Origin: an uncultured Planctomycetales bacterium
GTDB lineage: Bacteria; Omnitrophota; Gorgyraeia; Gygaellales; Profunditerraquicolaceae
Reading direction: 5' to 3'
Assembly: GCA_964603585.1 (NCBI GenBank)
Contig: CAZRVK010000005.1
Location: forward strand, 18,609 to 71,274
DNA: 52,666 nt
Shown here: positions 1 to 8,386 of the stretch, piece after piece
Position numbering within the stretch: the stretch's first letter is position 1
Layout: each line of letters starts with the position of its first letter
Program-made: the position numbers and the translations under genes
The notes under the pieces: generated by a model
Told to the model about the DNA's origin: nothing
The model's database searches: none
What the model saw: only the letters and a program-made list of their open reading frames with translations

Positions 1-711
1 GTTTTTACTGATTCCAAAGAAGTTGTCCCTTTAGCCTCCAGCCAGGATCACAAAAGAGTTTTTGACCATGATCAGGGCCCTAATACCGGAGGCATGGGGG
101 CATATTCTCCGGCGCCGGTCGTAACAGATAAATTATTTAAGGATATCCTGGATAAAATTGTTTATCGGGCGATTGATGGTTTAGCCAGAGAAGGCATAGA
201 ATACAGGGGTGTTTTATATGCCGGGGTGATGCTGACTAAAGATGGGCCTAAGGCTTTGGAATTTAATGTGCGTTTCGGAGATCCGGAAACCGAGGCGGTT
301 TTACCCCGGCTTAAATCGGACTTATTGGAAGTGATGCTGGCGACAGCAGATAGTAAATTAAGCAGGATTGTTAAGTCCGGCGGGTTAGTTTGGGATGACC
401 GCGCCTGTGTCTGTGTAGTTTGTGCTTCAGGAGGTTATCCGGGGGATTATGCAAAAGGCAAAGAGATCCTTGGTTTAGATGCCGCGGCTAAAATAAAAGA
501 TGTGGTAGTATTTCACTCCGGGACAAAATTATCTACTTCCGTTATTTCTCCCGCGTCTTTTAAATACGTAACTAACGGCGGACGGGTATTAGCGGTTACC
601 GGCTTGGGAGATACTATAAAAGAAGCCGTAGATAAAACATATCAGGCGGTAAACAAAATAAGTTTTGACGGGATGCATTATCGTAAAGATATCGGCGGAA
701 GGGCTGTCTGA
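1..711 (+). CDS. purD: Phosphoribosylamine-glycine ligase, 5'-truncated by window edge
   Basis: Frame is open from base 1 (VFTDSKEVVPLASSQDHKRVFDHDQGPNTGGMGAYSP); motifs EFNVRFGDPE, GGYPGDY, TNGGRVL, YRKDIG. Confidence 0.97.
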   Translation, partial: VFTDSKEVVPLASSQDHKRVFDHDQGPNTGGMGAYSPAPVVTDKLFKDILDKIVYRAIDGLAREGIEYRGVLYAGVMLTKDGPKALEFNVRFGDPETEAVLPRLKSDLLEVMLATADSKLSRIVKSGGLVWDDRACVCVVCASGGYPGDYAKGKEILGLDAAAKIKDVVVFHSGTKLSTSVISPASFKYVTNGGRVLAVTGLGDTIKEAVDKTYQAVNKISFDGMHYRKDIGGRAV

Positions 712-725
712 ATTCGGGAGGATGT

Positions 726-911
726 ATGTCAGATAAACGTCGAAATTGGCTTAAACCCAGGTTGATCTTATTGATCAGGAACACGGAGAATTTTACTTTA
801 GTGGCCTGTAAACATGGGGTTGGCCCCAGCGGGCCGGTTACTGTCGATTCTGCTTGTGATAACGGTGACCGGGATTGCATATCTAATTGCGATGCTCTGC
901 TTGTATCCTGA
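726..911 (+). CDS. 61-aa Cys-rich peptide, RiPP precursor-like
   Basis: GGGAGG RBS at 716-721; fills purD-purE gap on same strand; WLKPRL leader-like motif; Cys at 28, 44, 51, 55. Confidence 0.7.
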   Translation: MSDKRRNWLKPRLILLIRNTENFTLVACKHGVGPSGPVTVDSACDNGDRDCISNCDALLVS

Positions 912-950
912 TACACCGGTTTTTGGGTAAAGACGACAGGAGGTTTTATT

Positions 951-1433
951 ATGGGCAAAATAAGTATAATCATGGGAAGTGCAACGGATTTGGATACAGT
1001 GCAGGAAGGGATCAATTTGTTGAAAGAATTTAAGGCTGATTTTGAGGTCAAAGTCCTATCTGCGCACCGCACTCCCAAGGAATTAGCCGCGCATATTGAA
1101 TCATCTGGCCGGCGGGGAGTAAAGGTTTTTATCGCCGCCGCAGGCGGGGCTGCGGCTTTAGCCGGAGTAGTTGCCGCACATACGATTTTACCGGTCGTCG
1201 GTATCCCGATTGAAACCAGTAGTCTAAAAGGATTAGACTCTTTATTATCGACTGTTCAGATGCCAGCAGGGATTCCGGTTGCCTCTATGGCTATCGGTAA
1301 GGCAGGCGCTAAAAACGCCTCGCTTTTTGCCTTGGAGATCCTGGCCTTATCGGACAAATCGATTCAGCTAAAACTTATTGCCTATAAAAAAGCGATGAGA
1401 GAGAAAATTAAACAAACAAAACTCAAAGTTTAG
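951..1433 (+). CDS. purE: N5-carboxyaminoimidazole ribonucleotide mutase
   Basis: IIMGSATD, VLSAHRTP, IAAAGGAAALAGVVAA, QMPAGIPVA; AGGAGG RBS. Confidence 0.96.
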   Translation: MGKISIIMGSATDLDTVQEGINLLKEFKADFEVKVLSAHRTPKELAAHIESSGRRGVKVFIAAAGGAAALAGVVAAHTILPVVGIPIETSSLKGLDSLLSTVQMPAGIPVASMAIGKAGAKNASLFALEILALSDKSIQLKLIAYKKAMREKIKQTKLKV

Positions 1434-1457
1434 CAAGCCGCAGTATTTATATATACG

Positions 1458-1490
1458 TGTGACATTGTGACATTGTGACCTGGAAACCCA
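1458..1490. repeat. Octamer tandem repeat (GTGACATT)2-GTGACCTG
   Basis: tgtgacat tgtgacat tgtgacct read directly in purE-tsaC intergenic region. Confidence 0.8.
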
Positions 1491-1505
1491 TAGCTATTAA
1501 CTTAT

Positions 1506-2588
1506 ATGATTGCTACTAAAATCATTAAATTCGATCCTGCAAATCCCGAAGCTGCATATCTTAAAGAGGCAGCGCAGGTGATTAAAAGCGGGGGGCTGGT
1601 AATTATTCCTACAGAAACAGTTTATGGTATCGCGGCAAATGCCTTGGATAAATCCGCCTCTGCGAAACTTTATGAAATAAAAGGCCGGCCTAAGGAAAAA
1701 CGCTTTTCTTTGCACATTGCCATGAAAAGCCAGGTTAAGGATTTTGCTTATGATATACCTCTTGGCGCATGGAAATTGATGGACAAATTCTGGCCTGGGC
1801 CGATAACCTTGGTTTTAAAGGCGAAAGAATCATGGGTTAATTCCCAGGGGTCCGAGACTATCGGGATACGTATGCCGTCTGATGAAATAGCTTTAAGGGT
1901 GATCGCTCTATCCGGTGTCCCGGTAATTTGCCCTTCGGCTAATCTTTCGGGAAAACCTTCTCCGCTTGATTTTCCGGAGGCAATCAAGGATTTTGATGGC
2001 GTAGTCAACCTTGCCATTGATGCAGGCCGTACCCTCCTGGGGGTTGATTCCTCGGTGGTAGATTTGACCCGAACGCCGCCGAGCATTTTGCGCCGGGGGG
2101 CAATAAAAGAAGATGAGATCATTTCTACGGTTTCACGTAAGACTGTGCTTTTTGTTTGTACCGGGAACTCTTGCCGTTCGGTAATGGCTAAAGCGCTTCT
2201 GCTTGATAAACTTAAAAAAATGAAGCGCCTGGATGTGGAAGTTTTGTCTGCCGGTTTATTGATGTTAGATGGGACGGGGGCGACGAAAGCAACCCGGGAG
2301 GTCCTTGCCCGGGAAGGGATAGATGTTTCAGAACACCGTTCGCAGAAAATAACCGAGGATATGTTGAGGCGAGCGGATATTATCCTTGTGATGGAAAAGA
2401 TGCATGAAGAAAGGATTTTGCAGGCGGCCCCGGAAATAAAGAACCGGGTGTTCCTTTTGAAAGAGTTTGTCAAGTCACGGGATGCCAATTTGAATATTCC
2501 GGACCCGATCGGGCAGCCGGTAGAAGTTTATCGAGAGACTTTAGAGATGATTAAAGAAGCTGTGGAGAGGATGTATCCGATAATTTAA
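1506..2588 (+). CDS. tsaC: TsaC/Sua5 threonylcarbamoyl-AMP synthase fused to low-molecular-weight protein phosphatase domain
   Basis: N-half PTETVYGI, FWPGPITL, GIRMP, PSANLSGKPSP; C-half VLFVCTGNSCRS and IPDPIG. Confidence 0.9.
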   Translation: MIATKIIKFDPANPEAAYLKEAAQVIKSGGLVIIPTETVYGIAANALDKSASAKLYEIKGRPKEKRFSLHIAMKSQVKDFAYDIPLGAWKLMDKFWPGPITLVLKAKESWVNSQGSETIGIRMPSDEIALRVIALSGVPVICPSANLSGKPSPLDFPEAIKDFDGVVNLAIDAGRTLLGVDSSVVDLTRTPPSILRRGAIKEDEIISTVSRKTVLFVCTGNSCRSVMAKALLLDKLKKMKRLDVEVLSAGLLMLDGTGATKATREVLAREGIDVSEHRSQKITEDMLRRADIILVMEKMHEERILQAAPEIKNRVFLLKEFVKSRDANLNIPDPIGQPVEVYRETLEMIKEAVERMYPII

Positions 2589-2618
2589 AACAGTTATTCA
2601 CAAATAAAGGATGGTTTT

Positions 2619-3080
2619 ATGCGGCCGATACTTATTGCTTCTGACCATGCAGGGTTTGTTTTAAAGGAAAAAATCAAGGCTTATATGAAAGAAAACGGGT
2701 TTGCGGTAAAAGACCTGGGGGCTTATTCCAAAGAGCGCTGCGATTATCCCGGGTTTGCCGCTTCATTGGCCAAGGAGATTTCTAAAAGGCACAATGACCG
2801 CGGGGTGCTTGTTTGTAAATCAGGGATCGGCAACTCTATTGTCGCTAATCGTTTTCCGGGGGTGAGGGCCGCATTGGCTTATAACATCAAGGCCGCCCGG
2901 CTTTCCCGGGAGCATAACGATAGTAATGTCCTGGTGATGGGGTCGGCTTTTGTCAAACCGGTTTTAGCAAAGCGGATGTTCAAGATTTGGATGAATACGG
3001 AATTTCAAGGTGGCCGCCATACGAAGCGGCTTAACAGTATAAAAAAGATAGAAAAGGATATCAAGAAATGGAAAGCTTAA
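2619..3080 (+). CDS. rpiB: Ribose-5-phosphate isomerase B
   Basis: [44 protein letters not shown]. Confidence 0.95.
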   Translation: MRPILIASDHAGFVLKEKIKAYMKENGFAVKDLGAYSKERCDYPGFAASLAKEISKRHNDRGVLVCKSGIGNSIVANRFPGVRAALAYNIKAARLSREHNDSNVLVMGSAFVKPVLAKRMFKIWMNTEFQGGRHTKRLNSIKKIEKDIKKWKA

Positions 3081-4324
3081 AACATATCAAGAACACTGAT
3101 CCGGAGATTTATGCCGCAATTCATGCCGAATTGAAGCGGCAGGAAGATAATTTAGAGCTTATTGCCTCGGAGAATTTTACCTCCTTAAGCGTATTGGAGG
3201 CACAAGGCTCCATATTTACCAATAAATACGCTGAAGGCTACCCTGGCGCGCGCTGGTATGGCGGATGCCTCAATGTGGATGCCGCAGAAACCCTTGCTAT
3301 TGAACGGGCAAAGAAATTGTTTTTAGCAGAACATGCTAATGTCCAGGCGCATTCCGGGACACAGGCGAATATGGCGGTATATTTTGCAGTTTTAAAACCC
3401 GGAGATACGGTTTTAGCGCTTGACCTTGCCTGTGGCGGGCATCTGTCTCACGGGCATACGCATAATTTTTCCGGGATGTTTTACAATATCGTGACTTATG
3501 GTGTGGATAAGTTGACCGAGATGCTGGATTATGACTATATTATGGCTTTGGCAAAACAGCATAAGCCAAAGCTGATCTTGGCGGGCGCTTCTGCTTATCC
3601 CAGGATCATGGATTTTGAGAAATTCCGCAAGATCGCCGATAGTGTAGGAGCCTATTTATTCGTGGATATGGCTCATATTGCCGGATTGGTGGCTGCCGGG
3701 GTGCATCCATCCCCGGTTCCTTATGCGGAGTTCGTTACTTCTACTACCCATAAGACGTTGCGCGGGCCGCGGGGCGGATTCGTGCTTTGCAAAAAGGAAT
3801 TTGCCAAAAAGATCGATTCGCGTGTTTTTCCTGGGATCCAGGGTGGTCCGCTTATGCATGTGATCGCGGCCAAGGCAGTCGCTTTTCGCGAGGCAATGCA
3901 CGATGATTTCAAGGTTTATCAGCAGCAGATCGTTAAGAATTCTCAAGCGTTAAGTTCTGCATTGGCTAATCATAAATTCCGTATTGTTTCTGGAGGGACC
4001 GATACCCATCTTATGCTGGTTGATCTTAATTCTAAAGGTATTACCGGTAAAGAGGCATCTTTCTGTTTGGAAGAGGCTGGGATTACGGTAAACAAGAACC
4101 TTATCCCTTTTGATCAGAAGAACCCGGCAACTACCAGTGGGATCCGCCTGGGGAGTGCCGCGGTGACTACCAGAAAAATGAAAGAGCATGAGATGAACGA
4201 GATCGCCGGTTTCATTAACCAGGTGATCGAAAGAAGCGGCGATATTTCCGTGATTAAAGAGGTCAAAAGAAAAGTCATGGTTTTGACCAAGAAATTCCCT
4301 CTATACCCGGAGCTTATGGTATGA
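3068..4324 (+). CDS. glyA: Serine hydroxymethyltransferase
   Basis: [41 protein letters not shown]. Confidence 0.98.
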   Translation: MESLKHIKNTDPEIYAAIHAELKRQEDNLELIASENFTSLSVLEAQGSIFTNKYAEGYPGARWYGGCLNVDAAETLAIERAKKLFLAEHANVQAHSGTQANMAVYFAVLKPGDTVLALDLACGGHLSHGHTHNFSGMFYNIVTYGVDKLTEMLDYDYIMALAKQHKPKLILAGASAYPRIMDFEKFRKIADSVGAYLFVDMAHIAGLVAAGVHPSPVPYAEFVTSTTHKTLRGPRGGFVLCKKEFAKKIDSRVFPGIQGGPLMHVIAAKAVAFREAMHDDFKVYQQQIVKNSQALSSALANHKFRIVSGGTDTHLMLVDLNSKGITGKEASFCLEEAGITVNKNLIPFDQKNPATTSGIRLGSAAVTTRKMKEHEMNEIAGFINQVIERSGDISVIKEVKRKVMVLTKKFPLYPELMV

Positions 4325-4803
4325 AAAATCCAGTAAAGAAAAATGTTAAGAAAAGTACGCGCCCTACCTGGGATGAATATTTCTTAGAAGTAGCCAGCCT
4401 GGTTTCTAAGCGGTCTACCTGCCTTAGGAGGCATGTGGGGGCGGTATTGGTAAAAGACAAGAAGATCCTGGCTACAGGTTATAATGGGGCCCCTTCTGGC
4501 CTTAGGCATTGCCTGGACATTGGCTGTGTACGCCAAAAAATGAATATCCCTTCCGGAGAACGGCATGAACTTTGCCGCGGCCTGCATGCGGAACAGAATG
4601 TTATTTTACAAGCGGCGCTTTCCGGGGTAAGCACCAAGGATAGCGCGCTTTATATCACTAATCAACCTTGTGTGATCTGTGCAAAAATGTTGATTAACGC
4701 CGGCATATCCGAGGTCATTATTTCCGACGGTTATCCGGACATTATGGCACAGGATTTCTTAAAAGCGGCCAAAATAAAGATAAGAAGGATAAACAGGAAA
4801 TGA
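4321..4803 (+). CDS. dCMP deaminase (cytidine/deoxycytidylate deaminase family)
   Basis: [36 protein letters not shown] zinc motifs. Confidence 0.92.
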   Translation: MKNPVKKNVKKSTRPTWDEYFLEVASLVSKRSTCLRRHVGAVLVKDKKILATGYNGAPSGLRHCLDIGCVRQKMNIPSGERHELCRGLHAEQNVILQAALSGVSTKDSALYITNQPCVICAKMLINAGISEVIISDGYPDIMAQDFLKAAKIKIRRINRK

Positions 4804-5273
4804 AGTGCCCTTATTGTGCGCATAAAGAAGATAAGGTGGTAGATTCGCGTTCGACGCAAGGGGAGTTTTCTATCCGCCGGAGGCGTGAATGTTTAAGGTG
4901 CAAAAAGCGTTTTACGACCTATGAATATATTGAGAATGTTTCCTTGATGGTGATCAAAAAAGACGGACGGCGCGAAATATTCGACCGAAAAAAGATCCTC
5001 TCCGGCATATTACGGGCATGTGAAAAGCGCCCGATCAGTATTGAAAGGATGGAAGAAGTTGTTTCTCATGTCGAGCATGCGCTGCAAAAGAAGTATGACC
5101 GGGAGGTCCCGGCGTCCAAGATCGGAGAATTAGTCGTAGAGCGGTTAAAGATCTTAGACGATGTCGCTTATGTTAGGTTTGCTTCCGTTTATAAACAGTT
5201 CAAGGATGTTTCCCAGTTCATGATGGAACTCAAAGATATGTTAGGCCAGCAGAAATACAAGATGCGTAAATAG
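4800..5273 (+). CDS. nrdR: Transcriptional repressor NrdR
   Basis: [25 protein letters not shown]-cone, [12 protein letters not shown]. Confidence 0.97.
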   Translation: MKCPYCAHKEDKVVDSRSTQGEFSIRRRRECLRCKKRFTTYEYIENVSLMVIKKDGRREIFDRKKILSGILRACEKRPISIERMEEVVSHVEHALQKKYDREVPASKIGELVVERLKILDDVAYVRFASVYKQFKDVSQFMMELKDMLGQQKYKMRK

Positions 5274-5289
5274 ATCTATAGGAGCTTTT

Positions 5290-5706
5290 ATGGTTGAAAT
5301 GGAGCTGAATAAAATAGTGATTGATGAAAAACGCCATGATCAGCTGATCGTATTAAAGGAGAAAAACGGCCAGCGGCTTTTACCGATCGTGATCGGGTTG
5401 CCGGAGGCATCAGCGATAAAACTTAAGATCAGCGGGTTCAAAGCTCCTCGGCCGTTGACCCATGACCTGTTACATGCGGCCATTGAGCATTTAGAGGCAA
5501 AGATCGATAAGATCATCATTGATAAATTAGAAGAAAATACTTTCCATGCCAAGATCGTCCTTATTACCGCATCGGGAAAAACCAAGGTTATCGATGCCCG
5601 CCCATCGGATAGTATCGCCTTGGCGGTTAGAGCGCATCTTGCGATACATGTTGAAGATTCGGTAATAAAACAGTCCGCGATGTTCAATCAGGGTAATCCC
5701 GAGTAA
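5290..5706 (+). CDS. Bifunctional nuclease domain protein (DUF151)
   Basis: LPIVIGLPEASAI, RPLTHDL, FHAKI, IDARPSDSIALA. Confidence 0.92.
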   Translation: MVEMELNKIVIDEKRHDQLIVLKEKNGQRLLPIVIGLPEASAIKLKISGFKAPRPLTHDLLHAAIEHLEAKIDKIIIDKLEENTFHAKIVLITASGKTKVIDARPSDSIALAVRAHLAIHVEDSVIKQSAMFNQGNPE

Positions 5707-5760
5707 AAAGCACTTCTTTTTTGTGTGTTTGTCAGGCCATTGCAGGTAGATAAAAATAAA

Positions 5761-7209
5761 ATGCTTAAACTGCTAATTCCTCAAGATAAAATAATCTTAC
5801 GCCAGGTATTTAATTTCGCGCGCCGTAAAAACGTAAAACTTTATATTGTCGGCGGATACCTTAGGGATATTTTCTTAAAAAGAAAAAAAGAAAACCCCGA
5901 TATCGATTTTTGCATTTTAAACGGAGCGATCGCCTTTGGCAGGAAGTTAAGCAAAGAGCTTAAAGCCGGATTCGTAGTTTTAGACCAGGAGCATGGTTGT
6001 TGCCGGATAGTCAAGAAAACAGGCGCAATGGTATATACGTTGGATTTTGCGGATTTTCGCGGGCATGACCTGGCTGATGACCTTTTGCATCGTGATTTTA
6101 CTATAAATTCTCTTGTCCTGGAGCTGGATAAGCTGTTTGTTCCTCCGGCAAAGGACCTGTCCGGATTGATCTCCGACCATTATCATGCCGCAAGCGATAT
6201 TGCCTCAAAGCGGATTTGTGTTATCAACAAAAACACTTTTGATGAAGACCCGTTGCGTATTTTACGGGCTTTTAGCTTATCTGCGATTTTCGGTTTTGCT
6301 ATTGATAAAGATACGATTAAACTGATAAAATCAAAAAGGTCCCTGCTTGCCGGGGTTTCCGCAGAACGCATCCGGGATGAACTATTTAAGATCCTGGATT
6401 GCCCGAACGCCTTTGAATATTTGTTGATGCTGGATAAGTTCAAGATCCTGGGGATGATTTTCCCGGAGATCGAGATAATGCGGGGAGTTTCCCAGGGGCC
6501 TTATCACCACCTGGATGTTTTAAAGCATAGTTTTGAGACAGTCAGGCAATTAGAGCTGGTTTTTTCTCAAATTAAGTCCGACCGCCGGATCAATGATTAT
6601 CTGGATGAATTTATTGCCGGACAAAGGCGCCGCCGGGCTTTGCTTAAGATCGCGGCTCTTTTGCATGATCTGGGAAAGCCCAAGGCCAAGCGCCGTAAAG
6701 CCGGCAAAACCATGTTCCATGGGCATGAGGGATTTGGCGCCAGGTTATCGGTTGATATCGCAAGACGGCTTAAACTTTCTAATGATGAGATTGATGCCTT
6801 GCGAAAGATAATCTTCTGGCATTTGCGGCCAGGATACCTTGCGGATAACCAAACGATTACCCCTCGGGCGAAGTTCAGGTATTTCCGCGATGCTGCCTTA
6901 GAGGGGGTAAGCATACTTTTACTTTCAATTGCCGACCAGCGTTCTACCCGCGGGGTTTTGACCTCTAAAGGGGAGCGTGTGCATCACGAAAAAGTTATGC
7001 GCTGCCTGATCAATGAATATTTCCGCATGAAAAATGCCCCTAAGTTCACCCGCCTGATCAATGGTAACGACCTGATAAAACAATTGAAATTGGCTCCATC
7101 TCCACTCCTTGGTGAAATTCTTTCTGAAATAGAAGAATTGCAGGCTATTGGCCGGATTAAAACAAAAAAAGAAGCGTTAGCCGCCGCAAAAAGATTTATA
7201 AAAAAATAG
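5761..7209 (+). CDS. Class II tRNA nucleotidyltransferase with HD domain (probably CC-adding type)
   Basis: YIVGGYLRD, DIDF, RDFTINS, EDPLRILR, SAERIRDEL, HHLD/LLHDLGK; ATG 5761 preferred over GTG 5725. Confidence 0.88.
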   Translation: MLKLLIPQDKIILRQVFNFARRKNVKLYIVGGYLRDIFLKRKKENPDIDFCILNGAIAFGRKLSKELKAGFVVLDQEHGCCRIVKKTGAMVYTLDFADFRGHDLADDLLHRDFTINSLVLELDKLFVPPAKDLSGLISDHYHAASDIASKRICVINKNTFDEDPLRILRAFSLSAIFGFAIDKDTIKLIKSKRSLLAGVSAERIRDELFKILDCPNAFEYLLMLDKFKILGMIFPEIEIMRGVSQGPYHHLDVLKHSFETVRQLELVFSQIKSDRRINDYLDEFIAGQRRRRALLKIAALLHDLGKPKAKRRKAGKTMFHGHEGFGARLSVDIARRLKLSNDEIDALRKIIFWHLRPGYLADNQTITPRAKFRYFRDAALEGVSILLLSIADQRSTRGVLTSKGERVHHEKVMRCLINEYFRMKNAPKFTRLINGNDLIKQLKLAPSPLLGEILSEIEELQAIGRIKTKKEALAAAKRFIKK

Positions 7210-7217
7210 GAGGATTT

Positions 7218-7730
7218 ATGTCCGCTAAATTATTTTTAGTGATGCTATCCTTTTGTGCATGTTTTTTTGTCCGGGAAACAGCATATGCCCGGATAGATCT
7301 TGTAATCGAAAAATATCCTATAGAGAATTGGCAGATGCATGGGGCGAGGGTCTATTATGATACAGACAATGTGGTTACGATCGATAACTCCGGGCCGATG
7401 CCGGCTTTAACCAGCAGTATGCTGAATTTAGGCAAAGTCAATTTTGCCAAGTATGATTATTCCTTAAACTTGAATGTTTTAAAAGTTCAAGGGGAGTATG
7501 CATTGCGGATATATACAGGTGAAGCAATAAAAGACAAAAGCAGTTATTTAGAGCTTCAAGGCTTGACTGCCAATACTGGATCGGCCGAGTATAATATAGA
7601 TGAAAGCCGGATCGTTCATCCGGGGAATGATCAGGAAGTAGCGATAGAGTTCTTATTGAAGGATCCCGCGAATAGCCCGGGAGATGGGTTGTTAAGGCTG
7701 CAAGCTTTGAGTTTTGGGTCCAAGGAATAA
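7218..7730 (+). CDS. Hypothetical secreted protein, beta-rich
   Basis: AGGAGG RBS; N-terminal signal peptide ending TAYA; no family recognised. Confidence 0.75.
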   Translation: MSAKLFLVMLSFCACFFVRETAYARIDLVIEKYPIENWQMHGARVYYDTDNVVTIDNSGPMPALTSSMLNLGKVNFAKYDYSLNLNVLKVQGEYALRIYTGEAIKDKSSYLELQGLTANTGSAEYNIDESRIVHPGNDQEVAIEFLLKDPANSPGDGLLRLQALSFGSKE

Positions 7731-7745
7731 ACAGCAAAAATAAAT

Positions 7746-7771
7746 TGAAACTTTCTTTCTTCCCATGCGTT
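7746..7771 (+). promoter_or_regulatory. ECF-sigma promoter (TGAAAC-N16-CGTT)
   Basis: Matches SigW-type consensus TGAAAC-N16-CGT directly upstream of ECF sigma gene. Confidence 0.65.
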
Positions 7772-7798
7772 TAACCAGGTGGAGAAAGGAAAGGGTAT

Positions 7799-8386
7799 AT
7801 GCACAGCTTAAGCGATGAAGAGGTAATGCTGGGTTATAAGCGAGGCGAGGTGGAAGCCATGGATGAGCTTTTGAGGCGGTATAAAACTCCGGTATATCGT
7901 TTTGTCTGGCGGATATGCACTAACGCTACCGAGGCAGAGGATATTGCGCAGGAGGTGTTCTTAAAAATCCATGAGTTCAGAGGGGAGTATCAGGTGCGCG
8001 GCAAGTTTTCTACCTGGATATTCAGCATTGCCCATAACTTAAGCATTAGCCGCCTGCGTAGACGGCGACTGTTTGGGCTTTGGCCGCGTAAGCCTGATGA
8101 CCCGGATGCGGAAGTTGAGTTTAGAAGTCCTGATCCTTCTCCAAAGGAAATAGCGGGTTGTAATGAAGTGGCGGTGATTTTAGCCAAACACGTGCAAAGC
8201 CTTCCCTTTCTCCAGAGAGAAGCTTTGATCTTACGGGAGTATCAAGATATGGATTATGCCGAGATTGCGAAGATTTTAAAAAAATCACTGGGCACAGTCA
8301 AAACTCTTATCCGCCGGGCGCGGATGAACTTAAAGAATAAACTTCTTCCCTGTTTAGAAGAGTTAAAGGGAGGCTTACATGAATAA
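7799..8386 (+). CDS. ECF RNA polymerase sigma factor
   Basis: AEDIAQEVFLK, FSTWIFSIAHN (region 2); REALILREYQDMDYAEIA, GTVKTLIRRAR (region 4). Confidence 0.95.
   Translation: MHSLSDEEVMLGYKRGEVEAMDELLRRYKTPVYRFVWRICTNATEAEDIAQEVFLKIHEFRGEYQVRGKFSTWIFSIAHNLSISRLRRRRLFGLWPRKPDDPDAEVEFRSPDPSPKEIAGCNEVAVILAKHVQSLPFLQREALILREYQDMDYAEIAKILKKSLGTVKTLIRRARMNLKNKLLPCLEELKGGLHE

Noticed and set aside
529-562. About six extra residues (STSVISPASFK) in the PurD C-domain loop
   Set aside because: No palindrome or clear periodicity in the DNA and no match to the repeat families; ordinary loop variation is sufficient.
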